In this document: positions 37,690 to 47,301 of the stretch, one piece after another | Numbering within the stretch: the first letter of the stretch is position 1 | Layout of the letters: every line of letters begins with the position of its first letter | From: an uncultured Candidatus Poseidoniales archaeon | GTDB taxonomy: Archaea > Thermoplasmatota > Poseidoniia > Poseidoniales > CAYMED01 | DNA length: 64,000 nucleotides | Assembly: GCA_964389655.1 (NCBI GenBank) | Contig: CAYMED010000002.1 | Span: 64,001 to 128,000 of the forward strand | Direction: 5' to 3' | Translations under genes and position numbers: made by a program | Notes under the pieces: model-generated | What the model saw: only the letters and a program-made list of their open reading frames with translations | Told to the model about the DNA's origin: nothing | Database searches by the model: none

Positions 37690-38639
37690 ATATGCCTGTA
37701 CACCCCCGAGCCCGCCCTAATATTCGCAATCTCATTATAAGACCACTTTGGATGACACTGAAAGCTGCTTTACGCACGTTCCCAATTATTGGAAAACGAT
37801 TTGATCATGATCATGTTGGAAAGAAAGTTGAGATGATGGATTCATCTACAACAAAACGACTGGAAGATAATGCCCATCCCTCCGCAGGCCAAACATATAC
37901 GGCAGATCGAGAAACCAGTGCTCTTGTCCCCTCACTCTCACGCCCAGTTACGATATTATACCCCTATGAACGCCTAGAAGATACAGAACCATGGCTTTTC
38001 GTCCCGGGAAATTACAATGGCCGCATTGGAGTGATTTGGGAAACCTGTACTGCCTGCAAGGCATGTGTTCGAATCTGCCCCAATGATTGCTTACACATGA
38101 CGACAGAATATCGTGTTGATATTCTTGATGATGCCGAGGGTGAATGGGCCGGTTTAGGGGGGGAGATCGAAGAGGGCGGATGGGTTGCTACCCCTATTGA
38201 ATCAGCTAGGGAACATAATGAAAATCGAAATCCCATCTTATCCCATGATACCCCATCTCAGGATTGGAAATTTGGTTCTGTCCTAGACTTAACTGGTTCA
38301 AGTGCGCGTGTCGCTTGGAATGACACAGGAGATGAAGAGGCAATGGACCTTAGTCTTCTGACTCGGGCAGAAGAAGAGATTGTTAGTGGCCGCATTGACC
38401 TTGGCCGTTGCATGTTTTGTGGACTTTGTATGGAATCCTGCAATTTCACATCATTTTTCATGACAAATGAATATGATGGGATGTCTGGTTTTACCCGTGA
38501 TGACTTGTGGTTTGATGCGTCACGCACTAGAGTTTTGCCATCAGAACATCAAGAAGCCGTTGACTCTGAACTTGCAAAGCGAGCAACACGTGAGCGATCA
38601 AAACGTGAGAGGAAAGCTGGCAAAGGAGGGGCTAAATGA
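37686..38639 (+). CDS. nuoI: Complex I-like subunit I (2x[4Fe-4S]) with a large internal insertion
   Basis: VTILYPYE, CTACKACVRICP and RCMFCGLCMESC separated by about 110 aa. Confidence 0.9.
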   Translation: MNMPVHPRARPNIRNLIIRPLWMTLKAALRTFPIIGKRFDHDHVGKKVEMMDSSTTKRLEDNAHPSAGQTYTADRETSALVPSLSRPVTILYPYERLEDTEPWLFVPGNYNGRIGVIWETCTACKACVRICPNDCLHMTTEYRVDILDDAEGEWAGLGGEIEEGGWVATPIESAREHNENRNPILSHDTPSQDWKFGSVLDLTGSSARVAWNDTGDEEAMDLSLLTRAEEEIVSGRIDLGRCMFCGLCMESCNFTSFFMTNEYDGMSGFTRDDLWFDASRTRVLPSEHQEAVDSELAKRATRERSKRERKAGKGGAK

Positions 38640-38914
38640 TGTCCGTGTCTCCAATTGAAACTTTTTCTTTCTTGGCCCTCTCTGCAGTTGCCATTGTTGG
38701 ATCTTTGGGTTTAGTACATGCGAAACGTGTGGCACATTCTATGTTTTATCTGATCCTTGCCTTCCTTGCCGTTGCAGGAATTTTCTTGATGCAGGGGGCA
38801 GAAATATTGGCAGCAGTCCAAATTCTTGTTTATCTTGGGAGTGTTATGCTCGTTGTTCTTTTTGGCATCATGCTGACGCGGCGTCGAATAATGGATGAGG
38901 GGGGCACTCAATGA
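38636..38914 (+). CDS. nuoJ: Complex I-like subunit J, N-terminal part (J1)
   Basis: HS..YL, GAEILAAVQILVYLGSVMLVVLFGIML. Confidence 0.9.
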   Translation: MMSVSPIETFSFLALSAVAIVGSLGLVHAKRVAHSMFYLILAFLAVAGIFLMQGAEILAAVQILVYLGSVMLVVLFGIMLTRRRIMDEGGTQ

Positions 38915-39186
38915 ATCTCTTCAACCTCGTGGTTCGTGCGGCAGTTATTTTGTTGACAGCGATATTGATTGTGTCCATTGCGAGTGATGAAACCTTGTCA
39001 AATGCATCTCCATCATCTGATGTTGATTCTGTAGACCTTGCTTCTTCAGTACTTACTGATTGGTCTTTCCCACTGGTAGTATTGGGGCTTATATTGTCAA
39101 TGGCAATGATTGGAGCGGCTTATCTTGTGCGGGATGAGAGGCTCATTAATCTCGAAGAAGAATCCTTCAGGGGTGATGATCCGTGA
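38911..39186 (+). CDS. nuoJ: Complex I-like subunit J, C-terminal part (J2)
   Basis: DWSFPLVVLGLILSMAMIGAAYL resembles the last NuoJ helix; ATGA coupling and own RBS. Confidence 0.8.
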   Translation: MNLFNLVVRAAVILLTAILIVSIASDETLSNASPSSDVDSVDLASSVLTDWSFPLVVLGLILSMAMIGAAYLVRDERLINLEEESFRGDDP

Positions 39187-39485
39187 TTCCCCCTATTTGG
39201 GTTGCAACACTAGGTGCCGCATTATTTGGTATTGGCCTATATGGCGCCATTACTCGTCGGAATGCAATCATCGTATTGATGTGTGTTGAAGTGATTTTAA
39301 ATGCAGTTAATCTCAATTTTGTTGCTGCCACTCAGGTCCATGGAAATGTGGATGGATGGGTATTGGCAATTTTTGCCATAGCAATTGCTGCAGCGGAAGT
39401 TGCTATTGGTCTTGCGATTTTCCTTGCGCTATATGCACAACACGAGACAATCAACCTCGATGAAGTGGTTACCCTAAATGGATGA
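39183..39485 (+). CDS. nuoK: Complex I-like subunit K
   Basis: RRNAI..LMCVEVILNAVNLNF, AAAEVAIGLA. Confidence 0.95.
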   Translation: MIPPIWVATLGAALFGIGLYGAITRRNAIIVLMCVEVILNAVNLNFVAATQVHGNVDGWVLAIFAIAIAAAEVAIGLAIFLALYAQHETINLDEVVTLNG

Positions 39486-41688
39486 GGTGAGTATCATGTC
39501 AGTGCCAGAGTTCGCAGTTTTCATTCCAATCATTCCTATGGTTGCCTTTGGTCTTATCCTCATTTTAGGACAACTAGCCGGGGATTCAAAATGGTGGCGA
39601 GGCCCTTTCAAAGAAGGTGGCTCAATAGCAGTAATTTCTCTGGCAGCGTGTTTGATTCTCACGGTGATTGTTGGTCTGGACGTAACTAAAAATGATCATG
39701 GTGGTGAGCCAACTCACATTATCGAATGGTTACGTACTGATGAAATGAGTCAAGCAAGTGATGGGACATGGTCTGTGCATGAGGCTCCAGCGATTTCTTT
39801 TGGAATACAACTCGATCACACATCTCTAATGTTACTATTTGTTGCAACATTCCTTTGTTTTCTCATCAGTTGGTTTAGTCTTGGTTATATGAATTCAGAT
39901 TCGATCAACGAAGGCCGACTTCACAGATTCTATGCTGAATTTGTTCTTTTTGCATCAGGCATGTTTGGAATGGTCCTCGCTGACTCGTTTCTATGGTTAT
40001 TCATATTCTGGGAAATTATGGGCCTTTGCTCATATTTGCTCATAGGATTCTACTTTGATCGTCCATCTGCGGCTGCGGCTGCAAAGAAAGCCTTTCTAAC
40101 TACGAGAGTTGGGGACGTTTTCCTTCTCGTCGGTCTCTTGATATTGTATGGTATCTACGGTTCACTAGATTTCGCAGTCATTTTTGCAGATCCATCACTT
40201 GGTGGCCTAATTGATGTCAATTTATTACGCACTGCAATGATTTTGCTATTTGTAGGCGCCGTCGGGAAATCGGCACAATTCCCCCTTCACGTGTGGTTGC
40301 CAGATGCAATGGAAGGCCCCACCCCGGTTTCAGCTCTCATTCATGCAGCTACAATGGTCAATGCTGGGTTGTATCTTGTTGCCCGTATGTATCCTTTCTT
40401 TGATGTGGCACATGGCGGCGTGGAAGGCATTTCTGATGTGGGCCTTATCATCGCATGGATCGGAGCAATTACTGCGGTCATGGCCGCTCTTCTCGCCTTT
40501 GTTCAAATGGACCTCAAGCGTGTGTTAGCTTATTCCACGATGAGCCAATTGGCGTACATTTTCCTTGGCCTCGGGGTCTCACTTTGGGCGATCAACCGAG
40601 GGCATGAAGCATTAGCCGCGTTAGCCATTGGATCTGCCCTATTCCATTTATTCAATCATGCTATGGCCAAAGGGATGCTCTTCATGGCCTCAGGTTCAGT
40701 CATACATGAAATGCATCACGCACACCATGAGATTGAACACCATAGTGATGGAAATGGCCATTTTGATGCTCAGTCAATGGAGAATATGGGTGGCCTTGCC
40801 AGCCGCATGCCAGTAACTTCTCTCGCTATGGCAATTGGTTCTGCAAGCATCATTGGCCTTCCTCTTATTGGGGGATTTTGGTCTAAGGAGGGAATAATTG
40901 GTTCTGTTTGGCGGGCAGTCATTGAAGATGGTGGTTTTGCATTGCTGGTGCCCGCGATCTTAGCAATATTGACTGCTGCAATGACCGGATTTTACATGAC
41001 TCGTATGTGGGCTATGACCTTCTTAGGTGAGCCACGAACAGATGTGGCCAAAGGGGTCCATGAACAGACACCTTGGATACGCATGCCTCTTGTTGTGTTG
41101 AGCATTGTTTCACTCTTGGGCATTGCCTTGTTTGCACTTGGCAGCGAAGAGTGGATCACACATGGACTTGTATCTTCACATGAAAGTGGGAGCCATGGTG
41201 GGGCGGGAGATCGAATATTACATGCCTTTACAGGCGATGGTCTCTATACAGCAGGAGTTACTTGGGTGACAATTATTCTTGCGACCTTCTTTGGTCCGAT
41301 TTGGGCTTTGAGAATTCATGGTGGTGCTCTTGATTCAGGACAGAAAGCCTCCTTCCCTATACGATGGTTACCCGGTTTTAGTTCTGGCCTTCCCCCTTAT
41401 GATCCAACACATTTAGCAACAAGTTCGTTTGCAGATGCACTACGAAGACGCTTATATTTCGACGAAGTCTATGACGCACTCATTCGCAAATTTGTTGTTG
41501 GTTGTGCGGCAATTTGTGCAATTTTCGATAGAAGAGCAGTTGACGGGGTCGTCAAACAAGTGGAATCAAAATCGATTGCTGCAAGCCACTGGATTCGAAA
41601 ATTTACAACAGGTAGTGCACGGGATTACATCGCCATGGCTTCGATTGGAATTATTTCGATTTTCATAATAATTGGGGGCTCGACCTAA
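39478..41688 (+). CDS. nuoL: Complex I-like subunit L
   Basis: FWEIMGLCSYLLIGF, KKAF.TTRVGD, GKSAQFPLHVWLPDAMEGPTPVSALIHAATMV, YSTMSQL. Confidence 0.96.
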   Translation: MDEVSIMSVPEFAVFIPIIPMVAFGLILILGQLAGDSKWWRGPFKEGGSIAVISLAACLILTVIVGLDVTKNDHGGEPTHIIEWLRTDEMSQASDGTWSVHEAPAISFGIQLDHTSLMLLFVATFLCFLISWFSLGYMNSDSINEGRLHRFYAEFVLFASGMFGMVLADSFLWLFIFWEIMGLCSYLLIGFYFDRPSAAAAAKKAFLTTRVGDVFLLVGLLILYGIYGSLDFAVIFADPSLGGLIDVNLLRTAMILLFVGAVGKSAQFPLHVWLPDAMEGPTPVSALIHAATMVNAGLYLVARMYPFFDVAHGGVEGISDVGLIIAWIGAITAVMAALLAFVQMDLKRVLAYSTMSQLAYIFLGLGVSLWAINRGHEALAALAIGSALFHLFNHAMAKGMLFMASGSVIHEMHHAHHEIEHHSDGNGHFDAQSMENMGGLASRMPVTSLAMAIGSASIIGLPLIGGFWSKEGIIGSVWRAVIEDGGFALLVPAILAILTAAMTGFYMTRMWAMTFLGEPRTDVAKGVHEQTPWIRMPLVVLSIVSLLGIALFALGSEEWITHGLVSSHESGSHGGAGDRILHAFTGDGLYTAGVTWVTIILATFFGPIWALRIHGGALDSGQKASFPIRWLPGFSSGLPPYDPTHLATSSFADALRRRLYFDEVYDALIRKFVVGCAAICAIFDRRAVDGVVKQVESKSIAASHWIRKFTTGSARDYIAMASIGIISIFIIIGGST

Positions 41689-43277
41689 TGTCATCTATTC
41701 TAACTCCATTGATTTTGGGCCCTCTAGCCATTAGTATGATTGGAATTCTTATTGGCTGGGCATCTCCAAGGGACAAGCAAACTTCAGTTGATGAAGCAGT
41801 TAAGCGATTAATGCTGGCAATATCTCTTTTGATATTTGCAATTGTCACTTTCCTTTGGATTGACCTTTCAAAGGGCCTTTCAACCCTCGGATGGAATGAC
41901 TATTTGCTTTTTGATGCATCAAATTGGATACCATCAATTGGGGTTTCGTGGATCGTTGGTGTTGATGGCCTTTCATTCCCGATGGTCTGGCTCACTGCCT
42001 TCCTTGTTCCTGTATCCATGATCGTCTCTTGGAATGAACCGAGGGGAAGGTATTTCCATTCACTCCTTCTTTTTATGGAGTCTGCTCTACTCGGGGTTTT
42101 CGTTGCTTTAGACATGATGATGTTCTACATTTTCTATGAATTTACACTCATACCAATGTTCTTCCTCATCCTCAATTGGGGCGGAGATGACCGGCGCTAT
42201 GCTGCTCAAAAATTTATGATTTACACATTCACCGCATCGGTGATCATGTTAGCCGGACTATTGGCTACTTATTGGCTACAGGGGGATGTATGTGGAACCT
42301 CTTCGATTACTGGACGATGTTTTGATCTCACAATTTCAGCATCGGCAGCAAATGCTGCCGGTTCAAGCTTCCTCGGTGGCTTGGGCATGCAGCGTTTTGT
42401 TTTCCTTCTTTTCTTGATTGGCTTTTTGACAAAATTACCATCTGTGCCGGTCCATACCTGGCTTCCTGACGCGCACGTTCAAGCCCCCACTGCTGGATCC
42501 ATGCTATTGGCTGGTGTGATGTTGAAAATGGGCGGATATGGTTTACTCCGCTTTGGCCTTTTATTATTCCCAGGTGCCGTCATTGATTTCAGACTCGTCC
42601 TCATCATATTTGGCATGATTTCAGTAGTATATGGGGCATTTGTTTGCCTTGGCCAAACCAATCTCAAACGAATGATTGCTTACTCTTCAATATCTCATAT
42701 GGGTTTGATTCTCATAGGTCTAGCAACCTTGACTCCCTTGGGTATCACTGGAGCGATCTTCATGCTCTTTGCTCATGGCCTCATTTCCCCTTTATTATTC
42801 GGCGTATGTGGTGCTTTCAAACACCATTACCACACTATGGAGATTGGTTCTATGCGCGGTCTAGCCCGCCATGCTCCATGGCTTGCCGCATTCATGATGA
42901 TTGGATGGATGGCAAGTTTGGGCTTGCCCTTGCTTGCAGGATTTGTCGCAGAACTTACGATCCTCATCGCTTTTTGGCAGGCATATGGTTGGTGGGTAAT
43001 CCCCTTGGCCCTAACGCTCGTACTTACAGCAGGATATTACCTTTGGTCAATGCAACGCACGATATTTGAAGGAGGCTTAGATGGGGAACTCCCAGAAGGG
43101 ATCAAACCCCATCAAGCTAGGGATCTGTCGTATTCTGAGATTGCAGGCTTCTTTCTTCTAACGCTTCCAATCCTTCTATTCGGAATCCTTCCATTCCTAG
43201 TGTGGGAAATGATGGCAAACCATAGTGCAGAAGTACTTGATCTGACGGTTGCGAAAGCATTGGGTTGGGGGGGATGA
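41688..43277 (+). CDS. nuoM: Complex I-like subunit M
   Basis: GVDGLS, FYEFTLIPMF, HTWLPDAHVQAPT, LKMGGYG, AYSSISHMG. Confidence 0.96.
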   Translation: MSSILTPLILGPLAISMIGILIGWASPRDKQTSVDEAVKRLMLAISLLIFAIVTFLWIDLSKGLSTLGWNDYLLFDASNWIPSIGVSWIVGVDGLSFPMVWLTAFLVPVSMIVSWNEPRGRYFHSLLLFMESALLGVFVALDMMMFYIFYEFTLIPMFFLILNWGGDDRRYAAQKFMIYTFTASVIMLAGLLATYWLQGDVCGTSSITGRCFDLTISASAANAAGSSFLGGLGMQRFVFLLFLIGFLTKLPSVPVHTWLPDAHVQAPTAGSMLLAGVMLKMGGYGLLRFGLLLFPGAVIDFRLVLIIFGMISVVYGAFVCLGQTNLKRMIAYSSISHMGLILIGLATLTPLGITGAIFMLFAHGLISPLLFGVCGAFKHHYHTMEIGSMRGLARHAPWLAAFMMIGWMASLGLPLLAGFVAELTILIAFWQAYGWWVIPLALTLVLTAGYYLWSMQRTIFEGGLDGELPEGIKPHQARDLSYSEIAGFFLLTLPILLFGILPFLVWEMMANHSAEVLDLTVAKALGWGG

Positions 43278-43280
43278 TGT

Positions 43281-45044
43281 ATGTTTAATGTCGCATTATT
43301 CTCAATCAATCAAGCCACAGCGGCTTCGATGTTACCTGAATTAACAATCCTAGTTGGCATTATTCTCCTGATTGTAGTCCCTAATCTCGGAGATAGCACA
43401 TTTCGCCTTCCCTTTTCTCAAGCCCGTATCCCTTGGCTATTTGGGGGAAAAAGGCACGGATGGTCATCTCACCCAGCAGTTCCTGGAATGATTTCTAGCA
43501 TGATTCTTCTCTTTGCTCTTCTCTTTGCTTTAGGTTCACAAATGGGTGACGTAAATCCTCTCTTTGGTCCAGCATCTCACATCAGTGAAATAGGTAATGA
43601 GGATGGCAAACCTTTGCTTCGTATTGATGCGTTTAGCCGCATTATCGAATTGGTTGCCTATGGCGCTTTGCTGTTGGCGGCCATTGCGTCCATGCACAGG
43701 ATGCCGGCAACAGATCCTGAAAGCATCCCCCGCACCCCGCGCGCAGGCAGGAGTGCTGAAACAAGCCGCATTCAGTCAATGCTCGATAATCGCCGACAAG
43801 TTGATTTCCACTTGTTGCTATTATTTGCAGCATTTGGGATGTCCGTGGTTGCTCTTGCCCAGCACCTGTTTGTCTTCTTCTTGGGACTAGAGCTTGCAGC
43901 GATGTCCATGGGTGTCCTAATTGCCTTTCACAAGGAGGATAAAGCGAGTACAGAAGCCGGTGCCAAATATTTCATTGTTGGTGCGGTATCATCTGCTGTA
44001 GGTCTTTATGGAATTTCTCTTCTCCATTTGTGGTCTGGTGATTTAAGATTTGAATCTCTAGCATCTGCTTGGGCAGCAGAGCAACATAATCGTTCATTTT
44101 TAGCCATTCTAGGTGTTACTCTATTTATCTGCGCCATGGGTTTCAAAGTCAGTGCAGCACCGTTCCATTTTGCAGCCCCTGATGCTTATGCGGGCGCATC
44201 AAGTCCTGTTGCAGGAGTTCTAGCGACAGCATCTAAGGCACTTGGCATCGTTGGAATGCTTCGCATCCTTAGCATCGCTTTGCCAACAGGGGGTACAGAT
44301 ACTGCAATTTGGCTTCCGATGCTTGCATTGCTCAGCATAGTTACGATGACATGGGGGAATTTAGCCGCCCTTGATAGTCGTAACCCAAAACGAATGCTAG
44401 CCTATTCGAGCGTTGCCCATGCCGGATACATGCTTGCAGCAATTGCTGCAGTGGGTGCATGGAAAGGTGGGTTGGGTGGGGATGAGGCAAAAGGTGCTGC
44501 CGAATTGGTTTTGACTGCTGTGATCGTCCACCTTGTTGTCCTTGTAGCATTCAAAGTAGGCGCATTCCTTGTATTGACTATGCTCGAAACAGAGGGAACA
44601 TCCCATCGTCTTGATGACCTGAAGGGCCTTGCCCGTAGAGACCCAATATTAGCATGTTCAATGTTCATCTTCATGCTTGCTTTAGCAGGCATTCCTCCAT
44701 TGTCGGGCTTCCTTTCAAAGATGATGATGGTTCTTGGAGTTCTTGAGATTAGCACAGCAGACCCCGTGGCATCTTCCTCAATGTCAGGTGCGGCACTTGG
44801 GATCAACTGGTTGTTTTGGCTTGCCCTTGCCTTGCTCCTGAATAGTGCTCTTTCGTTGTTCTATTATCTTAGGATTGGTGTTGTCATGTTCTTCGAAGAC
44901 CCAGATAGAAACCGAAGCCTCCCTTCGGCACTAGGTGTCCGAGCAGCGATTATTATTTGCGCAATTGGTACAATTGGATTAGGGGTTTGGCCAGAGCCAT
45001 TGCTGAATTTTGCTCACAATGCAGCGGAGCAATTCCTGTCCTGA
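43281..45044 (+). CDS. nuoN: Complex I-like subunit N
   Basis: LEL, EAGAKYF, FKVSAAPFH..PDAY.G, KRMLAYSSVAHAGY, LAGIPP, FYYLR. Confidence 0.95.
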   Translation: MFNVALFSINQATAASMLPELTILVGIILLIVVPNLGDSTFRLPFSQARIPWLFGGKRHGWSSHPAVPGMISSMILLFALLFALGSQMGDVNPLFGPASHISEIGNEDGKPLLRIDAFSRIIELVAYGALLLAAIASMHRMPATDPESIPRTPRAGRSAETSRIQSMLDNRRQVDFHLLLLFAAFGMSVVALAQHLFVFFLGLELAAMSMGVLIAFHKEDKASTEAGAKYFIVGAVSSAVGLYGISLLHLWSGDLRFESLASAWAAEQHNRSFLAILGVTLFICAMGFKVSAAPFHFAAPDAYAGASSPVAGVLATASKALGIVGMLRILSIALPTGGTDTAIWLPMLALLSIVTMTWGNLAALDSRNPKRMLAYSSVAHAGYMLAAIAAVGAWKGGLGGDEAKGAAELVLTAVIVHLVVLVAFKVGAFLVLTMLETEGTSHRLDDLKGLARRDPILACSMFIFMLALAGIPPLSGFLSKMMMVLGVLEISTADPVASSSMSGAALGINWLFWLALALLLNSALSLFYYLRIGVVMFFEDPDRNRSLPSALGVRAAIIICAIGTIGLGVWPEPLLNFAHNAAEQFLS

Positions 45045-45092
45045 AGATGTAGCGGCGGATTCATCAACCCCACTCGCCCGCCATAATTTCAC

Positions 45093-45602
45093 ATGGGACG
45101 CCGCGAAGAGACGGTAGATGAGGAATACCTCGCCCAATTAGAGTCAGGAGATGGCCCATCAACTGGTCTCCGAGTGAAGATGCCGAATAAGAAAATCAAT
45201 GAAATGTTTGCAATTGCCGATCAGATTCTTGGCGGTCGTCGCGTGCGCGTTATTTGTGAAGATGGACAAACCCGGCTTGCCAGAATTCCGGGTAAAATGC
45301 GGCGACGAGAATGGGTTCGGGAAAATGACTTGATTGTCATTTTACCTTGGGACTTCCAAGATGCCAAATGTGATGTTCGCCATCGATATAACAAAACTCA
45401 GGCTCTCTATCTTTCTCGCAAAAAAGCCATCCCCGAGGTGGTTGATATCTTTGGAATGGGCGACATTAATACTGATGATGGTGATGACGAACTTTGGGGG
45501 GATGGTAATGTTGAGACCCCATCAGCAGATAACCAGGTTTCTGAAATAGATGGAGAAGTTCCCCCTGATGTGGATGATGACGGCTTGTGGAGTTCGGACT
45601 GA
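45093..45602 (+). CDS. eif1a: Translation initiation factor aIF-1A with acidic C-terminal extension
   Basis: LGG.RVRVICEDG.TRLARIPGKMRRREWVRENDLIV..PWDFQ..K.D..HRY. Confidence 0.93.
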   Translation: MGRREETVDEEYLAQLESGDGPSTGLRVKMPNKKINEMFAIADQILGGRRVRVICEDGQTRLARIPGKMRRREWVRENDLIVILPWDFQDAKCDVRHRYNKTQALYLSRKKAIPEVVDIFGMGDINTDDGDDELWGDGNVETPSADNQVSEIDGEVPPDVDDDGLWSSD

Positions 45603-45611
45603 GGGCCGGCA

Positions 45612-46529
45612 ATGGGTCGCCAAGGCCGCCGCAAGCGCCGCACTCTTTGGGAAAAGCAATCGAGAACAGATCATCAAGATGGGGATGGCCCAAATTTTGG
45701 AGGACATGAGGACAAATACGCGTGGATGGATGAGCCCAAATCGGCTCAAATGTTTGCGCGTATTGAAAGCCGCCTTCAGGGTGTGCTAGCATCAACGAGT
45801 GACAAATCAAGCCGTATTGTTCTTGATGAGGTCTTTGACCATCAAACACTTCTTGCTCTCTATAAACTGATGCAAGGCGGCCATATTGACACACTTGAAC
45901 ATGTAATTGCTAGGGGAAAAGAAGCTCATGTCTTCTGGGGGGAGAGTGATGATGGACCAGTAGCTGTCAAAATATTTCACACATCGAATGCGGTTTTCAA
46001 AAATTTAGTGCAATATATCGAAGGTGACCCTCGATTTGGTGGCCTGAAACGAAAAAGGCGGGATCTTGTCACAATTTGGGTTCGGAAGGAACATAGGAAT
46101 GCAATTCGCATGCGGAAAGCAGGCGTCCGCGTTCCAAAACCATTGGCTTGTCACCGCAATGTACTTGTTATGGAACATATCGGAGATCCGACATCATCAG
46201 CACCTAGACTTCAATCAGTAACTGTTCCAAACCCCCCTGATATATTAGATGAATTAGTTGAATCAGTGTCCAAAATATGGCACCACGCAAAATTAGTTCA
46301 TGCAGACCTCTCACCATATAATGTATTGATGCACAATGGTTTGCCTTGGATCATTGATGTTGGACAATCAGTTTCTATTCGCCACCCACGAGCCGAAGAG
46401 TGGTTAATCCGCGATGTCGAAAAATTAGTTCATTGGGCGAATAAATGTGGGCTTGTAACTTCTCTCGAGGAAATCCTCGCCCATGTACTAGAAGGTGTTG
46501 GACTTAAATCAGGGGATTCTGAAGAGTGA
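45612..46529 (+). CDS. rio1: RIO1-family Ser/Thr kinase
   Basis: GKEAHVF, AVKIF, YIEGDPRF, W..KE..N, LVHADLSPYN, IDVGQSV; conserved aIF1A-RIO1-KH gene order. Confidence 0.93.
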   Translation: MGRQGRRKRRTLWEKQSRTDHQDGDGPNFGGHEDKYAWMDEPKSAQMFARIESRLQGVLASTSDKSSRIVLDEVFDHQTLLALYKLMQGGHIDTLEHVIARGKEAHVFWGESDDGPVAVKIFHTSNAVFKNLVQYIEGDPRFGGLKRKRRDLVTIWVRKEHRNAIRMRKAGVRVPKPLACHRNVLVMEHIGDPTSSAPRLQSVTVPNPPDILDELVESVSKIWHHAKLVHADLSPYNVLMHNGLPWIIDVGQSVSIRHPRAEEWLIRDVEKLVHWANKCGLVTSLEEILAHVLEGVGLKSGDSEE

Positions 46530-46557
46530 ACATGTCAGGCGGAGTACTCAAAGCGAA

Positions 46558-47301
46558 ATGCTAGAGAGGAAGGTTGTGGAACAGCAGTTAACTCGCATCC
46601 CGCGTGATCGAATTGCAGTGCTAATTGGCCGCAAAGGGTCAACCCGGCGAGAACTTGAAAGCATCACGAAATCAAATATTGAAATTGATTCTGAAACGGG
46701 CGATGTTAGAGTAACTTGGTCTGAAGACTCAGATCCAATCCATGTACTGAAACTCCCTAATTTAATCCAAGCCATCGGAAGGGGAATGCCACCTTCGAAA
46801 GCAGTAGAATTACTTGGAGATGAAACAATGTTTGAATTATTGGATATTCGGCAGTGGGTGGGAAAAAGGTCGAACCAACAACGCCGCATGCGATCTCGTA
46901 TTATTGGTCGAAATGGAAGGATTCGTGCAACTATTGAGGATCATACTGGGTGTGAAATATGCGTTTATGGCCATACAATTGCCCTAATTGGTGATGTTAG
47001 TGGACTTTCTCTTGCTAGAAATTCACTTGAAATGCTGCTAAATGGATCTGAACATTCGAGTGTTTTACGCTTTTTAGAGAAGAGAGGGCGAGAGCGCCGT
47101 CAAAATGCGCGAAGTCTTGACACGATTTCAGAGCGAGATGATCCACTTGGCCGTTTTGATGCTCTTGTTCCTGGACTTTCCCTAGCCCGCAATCGCCATC
47201 GTCGTTTGAAAGCAACTCACGTTGATATCAGAAATCAAGAGGAAGTAGAAGCGGTCATGGAATTAGAGGGTGATGAATCAATAATTTATGCTGAAGAGTG
47301 A
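46558..47301 (+). CDS. KH-domain rRNA-processing protein (Dim2/Pno1-like)
   Basis: IPRDRIAVLIGRKG, AIGRG, RIIGRNG, VYGHTIALIG, G.EH..V..FLE; start uncertain (ORF track 46495). Confidence 0.9.
   Translation: MLERKVVEQQLTRIPRDRIAVLIGRKGSTRRELESITKSNIEIDSETGDVRVTWSEDSDPIHVLKLPNLIQAIGRGMPPSKAVELLGDETMFELLDIRQWVGKRSNQQRRMRSRIIGRNGRIRATIEDHTGCEICVYGHTIALIGDVSGLSLARNSLEMLLNGSEHSSVLRFLEKRGRERRQNARSLDTISERDDPLGRFDALVPGLSLARNRHRRLKATHVDIRNQEEVEAVMELEGDESIIYAEE

Noticed and set aside
38636-39186. Frameshifted nuoJ pseudogene
   Set aside because: The second half has its own GAGGGG RBS and ATGA-coupled start; split J is known in archaea
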